Source: Candidatus Saccharibacteria bacterium UBA5170 (GTDB lineage: Bacteria > Patescibacteriota > Saccharimonadia > Saccharimonadales > Saccharimonadaceae). From it: 64,000 nt of DNA. The notes under the pieces are model-generated. The model was not told the origin of the DNA and ran no database searches. It was given only the letters and a program-made list of their open reading frames with translations. The translations under genes and the position numbers were made by a program. Within the stretch, counting starts at the first letter, position 1. Every line of letters begins with the position of its first letter. This document shows, piece after piece, positions 18,805-30,170 of this stretch. The stretch spans positions 17,693 to 81,692 of the forward strand of contig DHWY01000003.1 of NCBI GenBank assembly GCA_002413425.1, written 5' to 3'.

Positions 18805-20205
18805 TTAATGAAGTCGCATAAGCATAAGCATAAGTATATATTGTGAAACTGCAATAGAAACAATAAGACCAATTGATAAATATCTTGATTTTTTATATTT
18901 ATCCAGAATATTATCTAGTAACATATAGAAGATTAATAATAAAATTACAGAAGGCACGTAGAGTGTGCGTACACCGGATGCGTACATTGTCGGAGACAAA
19001 GTTATCATAGCTATGCTCGCAATGACGGCACAATAAAGTAACCCCAACAAGTAACCCTTAGTCTTATTTCGGTATAGAATTGCTGGTGCAATTATGGTAG
19101 TAAATAGCGCTAACGTCCACGGCAAAAATATTAGTTGCGATAGACGACTGGGTAGCTGTGGCTTCCAGGTTGCATAAAAGTTACTCCAATAACCTACCGC
19201 GATAAACCCCTTGGCTAAACTAAAAAAACAAACTAAAGTAAGCATAAATGTAATTACATAGTCAAGTTTATCCTTATTCTCCTTCTTGGCGAAAAGAGCA
19301 ATAAGTAAACCCCAGGATCCCACGAGTAAGAATCCTGTGTGGTTTACAAAAGCATCTAGCAGCCACCTGTAGCCGTAGTTGACGTGCTGTATTAATGGTG
19401 TTGTGTAAAAATCCGGAAGCCAGCGAAGTGTTTCGGCCTTAAGGCGTACACCGTTTCCAGGCGCTAGCAAACTAACGAAAAGGAATACGCAAAAAACTAT
19501 ACAAAAAATAATCATGTAGGTTGGGATTTTTTTTAAACCATGTTTGGAGGAAATAATAAATTTGTAAATGGTTAAAATAACCGATAACATCAGAAGCACA
19601 ATCCCTATTTGCTCCTGCGAACTTGCTGCGACAATGGCGCCGAGAATACCTAAGATAGTTATAGTCCAGTGTGGCGCGCGGTTCCGAACAAAATAGTACG
19701 CCACGGGATAGAACGCAACAAGCCCAAATGCCGTTATCCAAAAGTAATTCATTGATCCCGTTACCCATAATGTACCATCGAAAAATACGTTCGTATCCAT
19801 AAGCAGCGGAAGTGTCAGCGCCAGTCCTAGCATAATGTAATCCTTGCCAGAAGACTGTTTGTTGGCAAAAAGCTTATAGTATAGAAAAATGGTGCCGCTC
19901 ATTATTCCGTAAATAATCAACGACACTGCTTTCCAAAAGGCTAGTGGTATTTGGCTAAATACATAGACAAATGATTCGGAAAAGATCCTTCCGCTCCAAT
20001 TATAATAACGGTAATTTAGCCAATCTAAAACTGATGCATAGGGGTGGATCTGTATTGGGAATACCGTATCATCTGATCCCACTATCCTTATGGATAGTTT
20101 TAACAATATAGCAAACAGAATTATTCCAAGTATATATATACATATAAGGGTGAGGTTGTGTCTATACTTTTTTATCCAAGAGTAAAATACAGAGTCTTTG
20201 AGCAT
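18805..20205 (-). CDS. Polytopic membrane protein, probable GT-C-like / polysaccharide-modifying (DUF6056-like)
   Basis: 466 aa with about 12 predicted hydrophobic segments. Lies in the glycan locus. Family assignment is from memory only. Confidence 0.6.
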   Translation of the reverse strand: MLKDSVFYSWIKKYRHNLTLICIYILGIILFAILLKLSIRIVGSDDTVFPIQIHPYASVLDWLNYRYYNWSGRIFSESFVYVFSQIPLAFWKAVSLIIYGIMSGTIFLYYKLFANKQSSGKDYIMLGLALTLPLLMDTNVFFDGTLWVTGSMNYFWITAFGLVAFYPVAYYFVRNRAPHWTITILGILGAIVAASSQEQIGIVLLMLSVILTIYKFIISSKHGLKKIPTYMIIFCIVFCVFLFVSLLAPGNGVRLKAETLRWLPDFYTTPLIQHVNYGYRWLLDAFVNHTGFLLVGSWGLLIALFAKKENKDKLDYVITFMLTLVCFFSLAKGFIAVGYWSNFYATWKPQLPSRLSQLIFLPWTLALFTTIIAPAILYRNKTKGYLLGLLYCAVIASIAMITLSPTMYASGVRTLYVPSVILLLIFYMLLDNILDKYKKSRYLSIGLIVSIAVSQYILMLMLMRLH

Positions 20206-20225
20206 ACTCGGTATATATTATCACG

Positions 20226-21080
20226 CTATAGTTTTATTAGATACTTACCGTAGCCTGATTTTATCAGAGGAGTCGCTTGCTCTGCCATTTGTGCATTTGA
20301 TATGAATCCCTCCCGAAACGCAACTTCTTCGGGACTGCCGATAATTAGGCCAGTACGAGTTTGGACGACGCGGATGTAGTCGGAGGCGTCGGTCATCGAG
20401 TCGATTGTGCCGGTGTCGAGCCAGACATCGCCGCGATCGAGCGTCGTGACGGTCAGTTTGCCGCGTTTCAAGTATTCTTCGTTGACGGAAGTAATCTCGA
20501 GTTCACCACGTTCGCTGGGCTGAACGTTTTTGGCAATTTCAACAACGTCATTGTCGTAAAAATACAGGCCGACGACCGCAAAGTCAGACTTTGGTTGGCT
20601 CGGTTTTTCCTCGATGGAGATTGCCTGGTTGTTCTGGTCAAATTCAACCACTCCGTAGCGTTCGGGGTCGGAGACGCGGTAGGCAAAGACCGTGCCACCG
20701 TTTGGATTAGTACAAGTTTTAAGTGACGTGCCTAGGTCCGAACCATGGAAAATGTTATCACCTAGTACCAGCGCGACGCTATCTCCGCCGATAAACTCCT
20801 CGCCGATAATAAAGGCTTGGGCCAGACCGTCTGGTGAGGGCTGAACGGCGTAGTGCAGGCTAATACCCCACTGCGACCCATCACCTAGCAGCCGTTGGAA
20901 TTGCGACTGGTCCTCGGGCGTCGTGATAATCAGGATGTCTTTGATACCGGCCAGCATCAGGGTGGTGAGCGGGTAGTAAATCATCGGCTTGTCGTAAATT
21001 GGCATCAGCTGCTTGCTAATACCCTTGGTAATCGGCCATAGCCTCGATCCGGATCCGCCGGCTAGAATGATTCCCTTCAT
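20226..21080 (-). CDS. rmlA: Glucose-1-phosphate thymidylyltransferase
   Basis: [38 protein letters not shown], near-canonical RmlA N-terminus. 284 aa. Confidence 0.93.
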   Translation of the reverse strand: MKGIILAGGSGSRLWPITKGISKQLMPIYDKPMIYYPLTTLMLAGIKDILIITTPEDQSQFQRLLGDGSQWGISLHYAVQPSPDGLAQAFIIGEEFIGGDSVALVLGDNIFHGSDLGTSLKTCTNPNGGTVFAYRVSDPERYGVVEFDQNNQAISIEEKPSQPKSDFAVVGLYFYDNDVVEIAKNVQPSERGELEITSVNEEYLKRGKLTVTTLDRGDVWLDTGTIDSMTDASDYIRVVQTRTGLIIGSPEEVAFREGFISNAQMAEQATPLIKSGYGKYLIKL

Positions 21081-21162
21081 AGAGTACCTCGCATTAATTC
21101 TCTAAAGTGATATTGAACTTTCTACATTATATCATGACCCCAGACGAAGGTGTGTTGTGGGG

Positions 21163-21969
21163 CTAGCTATCGAAGGTATTCGGTAGCTGTAGGCGTTGTG
21201 GCGCCTCATTGTCGGTTAGATCGAATGATTCCTCGGGATTTTGCCATATATTTGGTGACGGCGAGTCGGTAAGGAGGTCGAGCGTCGTCGTGAATATTTT
21301 AAACTCGTTATACAGCTCCTTCGTAAAATTAACAATTCTTCGTTCGGTAGAGGGATTGCCAGCGATAAAGAGAACGTGGGGATAGAGCCCCGCGTTCTCT
21401 TTATCGGCAAAGTTCTCGTGTTGTCTGATGCGTTTGCGAACAAGCCAACTAAGAGTTAATGCCGGGATGAAGTCGACCAGAAATTCTGGGGCCGTCCTGT
21501 TTTTTGGAACAACGCGGAGGAGTGGCGTTGGTCGTATGAACTTGTTTCTGTCGATTTGATACTGGGTATAGTACAGGAACTCGCCTTCGTGGTGGCGACG
21601 CAAACTCAAGAGTATATATGACATCCGCAAACAGCTGTCTATCTGATCCTCGCTAAAGGATTTGTCTTTGTAGCGTTGCTTGAGCCCACTCTGTTGAGTC
21701 AATTGAAGCGCCTCAAGCGTTCGGATGCCAGCGTTACCCAGACAATAGGTTGCTGGTCTCTGGCGGATACGGAATGAAGAATTGTATTGTTTGATAACGA
21801 AGTTTTGCTGTTCTAGTACGAAAAGTCTTTCATAGATTGTTGATCGATCTTTATGTAATAGTTCTGCGAGTATGTCTGTTGTGGTAAACCGTAGTGCGTG
21901 TAGAAGAGTAAGAATTTTAATTTGATTCTGTGTAAGGTGCCATCTATATGTAGGGTTGTAGATTTTCAT
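21163..21969 (-). CDS. Winged-helix protein, replication-relaxation-family-like (mobile-element type)
   Basis: 268 aa. N-terminal LTQNQIKILTLLHALRFTTTDILAELLHKDRSTIYERLFVLEQQNFV fits the wHTH pattern of Replic_Relax proteins (recalled, not searched). AT-rich. Interrupts the rml genes. Confidence 0.45.
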   Translation of the reverse strand: MKIYNPTYRWHLTQNQIKILTLLHALRFTTTDILAELLHKDRSTIYERLFVLEQQNFVIKQYNSSFRIRQRPATYCLGNAGIRTLEALQLTQQSGLKQRYKDKSFSEDQIDSCLRMSYILLSLRRHHEGEFLYYTQYQIDRNKFIRPTPLLRVVPKNRTAPEFLVDFIPALTLSWLVRKRIRQHENFADKENAGLYPHVLFIAGNPSTERRIVNFTKELYNEFKIFTTTLDLLTDSPSPNIWQNPEESFDLTDNEAPQRLQLPNTFDS

Positions 21970-22157
21970 GATGAAGTGAAGTGTCTGGCTGTGGTATTTT
22001 ATCTCCTATAGTATATATAATATAAAGGAGAGTAAAAGACAATATTAACAGGGGTGTTTGTTCGTAAAAGACATGTTTTCCATAGTGGGGAAAGCGGCCT
22101 TAGAAAATATCGTCACTTTCGTCAAAAAAAGCGGACGGTATTTTGTACCAACGAGTA

Positions 22158-23596
22158 TTACTTTGTCGTCTGAAGGTATTCTTTCAGCGCCGTCTGCCAG
22201 TCACGGGGCATAAAGCCGGTGGCTTTTATCTTATCGAGATTCAGGGTGCTTTGTAAGGGGCGCGGCGCAATCCCGGTCTTGCCGGCGTAATAGTCGGCCG
22301 TCGTCACTCCTGTCACATCTCTCCTGTCGTGGCCGGTTAGTTCGTAGACGTCAGCGGCAATATCTGCCCAGCTGGCGCTGGCGCCGTCGCCAGTGAGGTT
22401 GTAGGTACCGTATTGTATATGGGAGGTGGTATTTGGTAGATGGCCAGAAACTAAGTGTTTAATACCCTTCGCCAGGTCACTTGTGAAGGTGAGGCGACCG
22501 ATTTGGTCGTTGACGACACTGGGCTTGACGCCTTTCTCGGCCAGCGAGCGCATGGTGCGGACAAAGTTGTTGCCGTCGCCGATTACCCACGAGCTGCGGA
22601 CGATATAGCTGCGCTTGGAAGAAGTGATGACAAGATCACCGGCCGCTTTGGTTTGGCCGTAAACACCGAGAGGGCTGAACCGCTCGGTCTCGAGGTGATT
22701 GGCTATCGTGCCGTCAAAGACGTAATCACTGGAAATATGAACCAAGGTCACCCCATAGTTATTGGAAATGTGGGCCAGATTGGTCAGAGCGCTGGCATTG
22801 CTTTCCCAAGCGTCTTTGCGGCCCTCATCGGTCTCGGCTAAATCAACGGCCGTGTAGGCGGCGGCATTGAGGATTAAGCTGTATTGGCGCCAGTTGCGGG
22901 CAATGATAATCGCTGGGTCGCTAAGGTCAAAGGTATCGCGGTCGACGCATTCGGCGTCGGGAAATTCCAGCTGCAACGCCCGGCCGAGCTGGCCGTAAGC
23001 GCCAACGATGAGCGTCTTTTTGGGCTTCATTGGTATGACGTCGTCCAGGCTGGCGTGCAGTTTGTCTTTTTCGGATAACTCGGCCTGATCGAGCGGAATT
23101 GGCCATTGGATGTTGGCGGTTTTGTCAGCTAGGTTCAGGAAAGTGTACTGTGATTGCGCCTCGGCGCTCCAGTGCTCGTTCACCAAATAGGTGTAGGCGG
23201 TATTGTCTTCCAGGGCTTGGTAGGAGTTGCCGACGCCTCGAGGCACAAAGATGGCCTTTGACGGATCAAGCTCGGTTGTAAACACAGTCCCAAAGCTATC
23301 GCCCTCGCGCAGGTCAACCCAGGCGCCAAAGATTCGTCCGGTGGCGATAGAGATATATTTATCCCACGGCTCGGCGTGAATGCCCCGGGTGACGCCACGT
23401 TGTTCGTTAAAACTGATGTTGTTTTGAACCGGACCAAGGTCGGGCAGGCCGATAGAGGTCATTTTTTCATGTTGCCAGTTTTCTTTGAACCAGCCACGGC
23501 TATCGCCGTGAACGGGCAAGTGATAGACGATCAGACCGGGGATTGGCGTGGTGTGGGAGGTGAGTTGTTTGCCAAATTCGATCGGTGACTTACCCA

Positions 23597-23597
<1 letters not shown>
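22158..23597 (-). CDS. rmlCD: Fused dTDP-4-dehydrorhamnose 3,5-epimerase / dTDP-4-dehydrorhamnose reductase
   Basis: 479 aa. N-terminal cupin part PIPGLIVYHLPVHGDSRGWFKENW (RmlC). C-terminal Rossmann part LIVGAYGQLGRAL...ISSDYVFDG (RmlD). Start overlaps the rmlB stop (TAATG). Confidence 0.88.
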
Positions 23598-25175
<1,578 letters not shown>

Positions 25176-25230
25176 AGCCTTATTTAACCATAAGTAGCCG
25201 AGGGCTGGGTATGTACCGTATAATGGAACA

Positions 25231-25362
25231 ATGATTACAGTAGTTATCGCTGGCGGGTTTGGTACTCGTCTATGGCCACTATCAACTCCAGACGGTATAT
25301 TGGTTGCCCGTAAGGACGTCAGTCATCGGACGGGCGAAGTGGCGAAACAACTACAAAAATAA
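25231..25362 (+). pseudogene. Remnant (43 codons) of a sugar-1-phosphate nucleotidyltransferase gene, now a short upstream ORF of glmS
   Basis: Own translation MITVVIAGGFGTRLWPLSTPDGILVARKDVSHRTGEVAKQLQK*. The AGGxGTRLWPLS pyrophosphorylase loop is followed by unrelated sequence and a stop. TATAAT at 25219-25224 lies 6 nt before the ATG. Confidence 0.5.
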
Positions 25363-25374
25363 GGATATTATACT

Positions 25375-27195
25375 ATGTGCGGAATTGTTGGATACATTGG
25401 TGAACGTGGAGCGCAGGGTGTCTTAACGAGTGGTTTGCGACGGCTGGAATATCGTGGCTATGACTCGGCCGGGATTGTCACGCTGGGGGCGAATAATCAG
25501 GCAACGCTCCTGCGGGCGGAAGGCAAAGTCAGTGAATTAGACAAATTAGTTTTATCGCACGAAAATAAAGACACAGTTGGCATTGGCCATACTAGGTGGG
25601 CAACACACGGTGAGCCATCAGAGACGAACGCTCATCCTCACAAAGCCGGTGATATATATCTGGTTCACAACGGTATTATCGAGAATTATAAAGAACTAAA
25701 AGCCGAGCTGAAGAATCATAGTTTTGAAAGTCAAACTGACACCGAGGTCTTGGTAGCCTTGGTTGATTCGCTGTATGACAAAGAGACGTTGCTGGTAGAT
25801 GCGGTTACACAGGCGCTCAAGCTAGTCGTTGGCACCTATGGGATAGCAGTCGTCTCGACTCGCGAGCCTGATGTTATTATCGTTGCTCGGATGGGCAGCC
25901 CGCTAATTATCGGCGTTAATGACGACGAGACGATTATTGCCAGTGACGCCTCGGCGTTAGTCGGTCATACCGACCAGGCGATTTACTTGAACGACGGTGA
26001 AATTGCCGTTTGCCGACGCGATGGTGTTGAGTTGCAGGACATGAGCGCCCAACCAATCTCGACCCGCGTCGAAACGATCGAAGTCGATATGCAAGCCATT
26101 CAAAAACAAGGTTACGACCATTTCTTGCTGAAAGAAATTAGCGAGCAACCTGTCACGCTTCGCTCAACCCTTAGTGGGCGAGTGAACGTGGAAGATAAAC
26201 TTATTAAATTAGGTGGCTTGAACCTGAACACCGAAGAGCTGCGTGGCATTGAGCACGTCACGATCATTGGCTGCGGTACGGCCTATTATGCGGGGCTTTT
26301 GAGCTCGTACTACCTCGAACAATTGGTTGATGGTCTGACGATTGATGTCGCCACGGCTTCGGAACTACGCTACCGGTCATTCCATTTGCCAAAGAATACC
26401 GTCGCCCTGGTGGTGTCTCAGTCCGGCGAAACGGCCGATACCTTGGCCTGTCTGCGCGAGATCAAACGGCGAGGCGTCAAGACGCTGGGTATTATCAATG
26501 CCGTCGGTTCGACTATTGCCCGAGAAGTTGATGGCGGAGTTTACGTTCACGCGGGCCCAGAGATATCTGTCGCCTCTACTAAGGCCTTCACCTCACAAGT
26601 GGCGGCCATGATTATGTTTGGCATTCAGATTGCCCAGGCAAAGGGTGTGGGCGTGCAAGATACCTCGAGCTATATTGAGGAATTGGACCAATTGCCCAAT
26701 GAAATTGAAGCGGTGATTGCCAACTATAAAGAACAAATTTCAGCCATTGCCAAGCGCTATGCTCACTATGACCACGCTCTTTATTTTGGTCGTGACACAC
26801 TCTTTCCAGTCGCGCTCGAAGGCGCCTTGAAGTTAAAAGAAATCTCGTACATCCAAGCCGAAGGCTATGCCGCTGGCGAATTAAAGCATGGGCCGATTGC
26901 GCTGGTTGATGATACCTTTTTTGAAGTTGCCTTACTACTCGATAACTGGCTGTTCGACAAAAGTTTGAGCGCCCTATCAGAGGTCAATGCCCGCGGCGGA
27001 CACGTGTTCGCAATAACCAACAGTAAAAAAGAGATTGATGCCGAAGAGACGCTGCGGATCGATACCAAGTTGGATCTGTTGGCGCCGATTGTCATAAATG
27101 TCGTGCAACAGTTGTTTGCCTATTACGTGGCCGTAGCCCGAGGCAACGACGTTGATCAGCCGCGGAATCTTGCCAAGAGCGTGACGGTCGAATAA
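25375..27195 (+). CDS. glmS: Glutamine--fructose-6-phosphate aminotransferase
   Basis: MCGIVGYIG N-terminal nucleophile. Two SIS domains. C-terminal NLAKSVTVE. 606 aa. Confidence 0.95.
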   Translation: MCGIVGYIGERGAQGVLTSGLRRLEYRGYDSAGIVTLGANNQATLLRAEGKVSELDKLVLSHENKDTVGIGHTRWATHGEPSETNAHPHKAGDIYLVHNGIIENYKELKAELKNHSFESQTDTEVLVALVDSLYDKETLLVDAVTQALKLVVGTYGIAVVSTREPDVIIVARMGSPLIIGVNDDETIIASDASALVGHTDQAIYLNDGEIAVCRRDGVELQDMSAQPISTRVETIEVDMQAIQKQGYDHFLLKEISEQPVTLRSTLSGRVNVEDKLIKLGGLNLNTEELRGIEHVTIIGCGTAYYAGLLSSYYLEQLVDGLTIDVATASELRYRSFHLPKNTVALVVSQSGETADTLACLREIKRRGVKTLGIINAVGSTIAREVDGGVYVHAGPEISVASTKAFTSQVAAMIMFGIQIAQAKGVGVQDTSSYIEELDQLPNEIEAVIANYKEQISAIAKRYAHYDHALYFGRDTLFPVALEGALKLKEISYIQAEGYAAGELKHGPIALVDDTFFEVALLLDNWLFDKSLSALSEVNARGGHVFAITNSKKEIDAEETLRIDTKLDLLAPIVINVVQQLFAYYVAVARGNDVDQPRNLAKSVTVE

Positions 27196-27200
27196 ACATC

Positions 27201-28280
27201 GTGAAAAAAATCTGCCTCATAACCTGCTACAGCCAACCCGACTACGTCCGAGCCAAAACACTGCGGGCGGCATTTGGCAGTATGGCCGAGGTTGACTTGA
27301 TCATTATCAAGAATCGACATAAGGGGTTGCTGCGCTACCCTGAGGTTATGTGGAAGCTACTTGTCGCCCGCTTCAGCCGTCGGCCCGATTTGTACTTTCT
27401 GACCTTTCGTGGTTATGAGATGCTGCCATTTGTCCGCTTGGCAACGTTGGGTAAGCCGCTGGTGTTTGATGAGTTTATTAACCTGATTGAATGGGTGGTG
27501 TACGAACATCACAAATTGGACCCCGACAATATAGCGGCTAAAATCTTGCACAATATCTATCGATTTTGGCTTAAATCAGCCGATCTGATTGTCACCGATT
27601 CGGCTTCACACGCCCGCTATTCGGCCGAACTGATGAGGCTACCGCTCGACAAGTACGTTCCGTTGATCGTCAGTACCGACGAGAAAACATTCGGTATGTC
27701 GCCCGCGCTAAAAACGCGAATATCGCGGCCATTTGACGTTTTTTACTACGGCCTAATGATGACACCGCTGCAGGGACTGGATACCATCATCGCAGCGATG
27801 CGCCTGTTGAAAGACCAGGACATCAGGCTGACCTTGGTTGGCGGCAAAGACAAGGCGAAATCTATTATCGAGCAAGCCCAACACGACGGGGTCGCAATCA
27901 TACACAAAAAGTGGGTCCCAATAGAAGAACTGCGAGATTATATGCAGGTATCCGACGTCTGTTTGGCCGGTCCGTTTGGCGACAGTGTCCAGGCCCAGTT
28001 TGTGATTGGCGGTAAAACCTATCAGTATATGAGGATGGGCCGACCAGTCATTATAGGGCACAATTTAGAATCTGGCCTATGGGCTGACAAAAAGGATGCT
28101 CTGATTGTCGAACGGGCCAATCCGCAAGCCTTGGCTGAGGCAATTATCTGGGCCCAGCAGCATCCAGCCGAGCTTGCCAAGATTGGCCAGGCTGGCGAAC
28201 AGCTATACCAAGCTAAACTTTCAAATAAAGTTTTAGTAGAGCAGCTAGAGCTTTTGCTTACCAATAAACATATCGCGTAG
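27201..28280 (+). CDS. Glycosyltransferase (GT-B fold, GT1/GT4-like)
   Basis: 359 aa in the glycan locus with GT-B-like two-lobe organisation. Motifs are weaker than in the other GTs. Confidence 0.6.
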   Translation: MKKICLITCYSQPDYVRAKTLRAAFGSMAEVDLIIIKNRHKGLLRYPEVMWKLLVARFSRRPDLYFLTFRGYEMLPFVRLATLGKPLVFDEFINLIEWVVYEHHKLDPDNIAAKILHNIYRFWLKSADLIVTDSASHARYSAELMRLPLDKYVPLIVSTDEKTFGMSPALKTRISRPFDVFYYGLMMTPLQGLDTIIAAMRLLKDQDIRLTLVGGKDKAKSIIEQAQHDGVAIIHKKWVPIEELRDYMQVSDVCLAGPFGDSVQAQFVIGGKTYQYMRMGRPVIIGHNLESGLWADKKDALIVERANPQALAEAIIWAQQHPAELAKIGQAGEQLYQAKLSNKVLVEQLELLLTNKHIA

Positions 28281-29168
28281 GTGTAGGCTGCTGGACAGCA
28301 CGAACAGTAGAGCGAGAAAAACCACATAGATAGCTCGGTCGATGATACCGACAGCCACGATGGCGCTGAGAGGTATGTGGTGGAGCGACTGTGAGAAAAT
28401 CAGGAAAGCTTCACGAATACCAATTGCCCCCGGTGTGAGCGAGACAAACAACGACAGGTTGGCGCTGGCCGTGAAAGCCGCTATTTGGGCCAGGCTATAG
28501 TGGGCCGCCGGGTTGACGGCGCCTAGCTCGACCGCGTAGATACCGATCAGAAATACAATCTGAATGGCCGACAGCGCAAAGATATAGATGATATATTTTT
28601 TAAGAAAGCTGGAGGCGAATTTATAAGTACCCGCTGCCAGCATGGCAATCGCCAGGATAATGCCAAGTAGGCTCAGCCACGGCATAGTATTAACAAATAA
28701 TAGCGAGGTATTGAGGGCGGCAAACGAGAAGTAGTAAAACAACATAGCATAGGTAAAATCACGGATCCGCAAGCCGGTCTTGGCCTTTAAATAAACTGCT
28801 CGCACGCCTGGCCCGCTTTGGAGCGGACCGAAGAAATTGATGACACTGGAATAGATCATCAACAATACGCCGCTTTTAATTGGCAATTTTTTCTTACATA
28901 GGCGGATGGTGGCGTACATGATACCGACGTTTGTCAGCAAAACCGCTGTGTATCCACCGATGATTGATACGGTATTGGCGTAGCCGATATGGAGGATGTT
29001 TTGGATAATTTGGGGGTTGGCTATCAAGTAGTAGCCAATAAAGACGAAAAAGGCCAAAATAATTAAGCTGGCCAACAAGCGTTTATGGCGTCGCACTAAT
29101 CGAACTAACGGTGAGCGCGATACGGTTTGGGCGAGGGTGGTAAGTTTTGGTAAAAAAGTTTGTGACAT
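28245..29168 (-). CDS. Flippase-like polytopic membrane protein (LPG-synthase-TM / UPF0104-like)
   Basis: 307 aa, about 8 hydrophobic segments. TPGAIGIREA resembles the PGG.G..E motif of that family. Confidence 0.6.
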   Translation of the reverse strand: MSQTFLPKLTTLAQTVSRSPLVRLVRRHKRLLASLIILAFFVFIGYYLIANPQIIQNILHIGYANTVSIIGGYTAVLLTNVGIMYATIRLCKKKLPIKSGVLLMIYSSVINFFGPLQSGPGVRAVYLKAKTGLRIRDFTYAMLFYYFSFAALNTSLLFVNTMPWLSLLGIILAIAMLAAGTYKFASSFLKKYIIYIFALSAIQIVFLIGIYAVELGAVNPAAHYSLAQIAAFTASANLSLFVSLTPGAIGIREAFLIFSQSLHHIPLSAIVAVGIIDRAIYVVFLALLFVLSSSLHLRDMFIGKQKL

Positions 29169-29178
29169 AGATTATCGC

Positions 29179-30120
29179 TTACTTTTTATATTGGATTTCC
29201 CTTAGGCGCTCGGTCTGATCTTCGATTAAGGTACGGTTGATGCGGAGCAGGTCAGAGATGATGAGCAGGGCGAACGACAGCAGCGCCCCGACCAGCATGG
29301 CCGAGCCGAACACCAGCGACTGGACGTGGCCATCAGAGTCACCGCGCAGCACGGCCAAACCGAAGTTAACAAACGGGATGACACCGGCGATGGCAAACAA
29401 AATACCGAGGGCATTGAAAGCGATGTAGGGTTTGTACATCAGGTAGCTGCGGATAATGGCTTCGGCCGACTTCATAATGTGTTGGGCGGTATTTTTAAAT
29501 AGGCGCGATTCACGGGTTTTGGGATTGGTTTCAATCGCCACGCTCGACAGTCGTAGGCCCTTGTTACCGGCTTGGATAATCGTCTCCATGCAATAACTGA
29601 ACTGGGTGACGATATTCAGGCGATACAGCGATTGGCGGGAGTAGGCTCGGAAGCCACTGGCGGCGTCAGGCACATTGGTACCGGCGGCTTTGTTGACGAT
29701 GTAGCTACCGAAGCGTTGCATTAGTTTTTTAAACGGCGAAAAATGGGCAATTTTGTAGACCTGGCGGTCACCGATGACGATGTCGGCCTGACCGGTGATG
29801 ATCGGTTGGACCAGGTCGGCGATGCGGGCTTGGGGATATTGGTTGTCGCCGTCGGTGTTGACGACGATATCGGCGCCGTGGGACAGGGCATAGTCGACGC
29901 CGTCGCGAAATGACCGGGCCAGCCCCATGTTACGGGTATGGATCACGAAATCCTTGACACCCAGCCGCTTAGCGACCTTGAGGGTGCCATCGCTCGAGCC
30001 ATCGTCGATTACCAAGATTATGACCTCATCGACGTGTTTGATCTTGGTTGGAATCGACTTAACAACTGACTCCAGGGTGTCTTCTTCATTTAGGCAGGGG
30101 ATTTGGACAAATACTTTCAT
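29179..30120 (-). CDS. GT2 polyprenyl-phosphate glycosyltransferase (GtrB / DPM1-like) with C-terminal TM helices
   Basis: VFVQIPCLNEE, VIDDGSSDGT and NTDGDNQY motifs. Two C-terminal TM helices. Confidence 0.85.
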   Translation of the reverse strand: MKVFVQIPCLNEEDTLESVVKSIPTKIKHVDEVIILVIDDGSSDGTLKVAKRLGVKDFVIHTRNMGLARSFRDGVDYALSHGADIVVNTDGDNQYPQARIADLVQPIITGQADIVIGDRQVYKIAHFSPFKKLMQRFGSYIVNKAAGTNVPDAASGFRAYSRQSLYRLNIVTQFSYCMETIIQAGNKGLRLSSVAIETNPKTRESRLFKNTAQHIMKSAEAIIRSYLMYKPYIAFNALGILFAIAGVIPFVNFGLAVLRGDSDGHVQSLVFGSAMLVGALLSFALLIISDLLRINRTLIEDQTERLREIQYKK

Positions 30121-30170
30121 AAAATCTGGTTTCTAGTATAACACCTCGAGGTTATAGGTCGGCGCCATTG

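Noticed and set aside
22426-23588. Plus-strand ORFs of 60-128 aa antisense to rmlCD. Similar ORFs lie antisense to the GT-C gene at 30517-31706.
   Set aside because: They are antisense shadows in GC-rich genes, with no SD or promoter and biased Arg/Ala/Gly composition.
25176-25374. Considered a glmS ribozyme in the 199-nt region upstream of glmS.
   Set aside because: I recognised no ribozyme core. The region instead translates into a textbook GGxGTRLWPLS nucleotidyltransferase N-terminus with its own -10 box. A covariance-model scan would be decisive.
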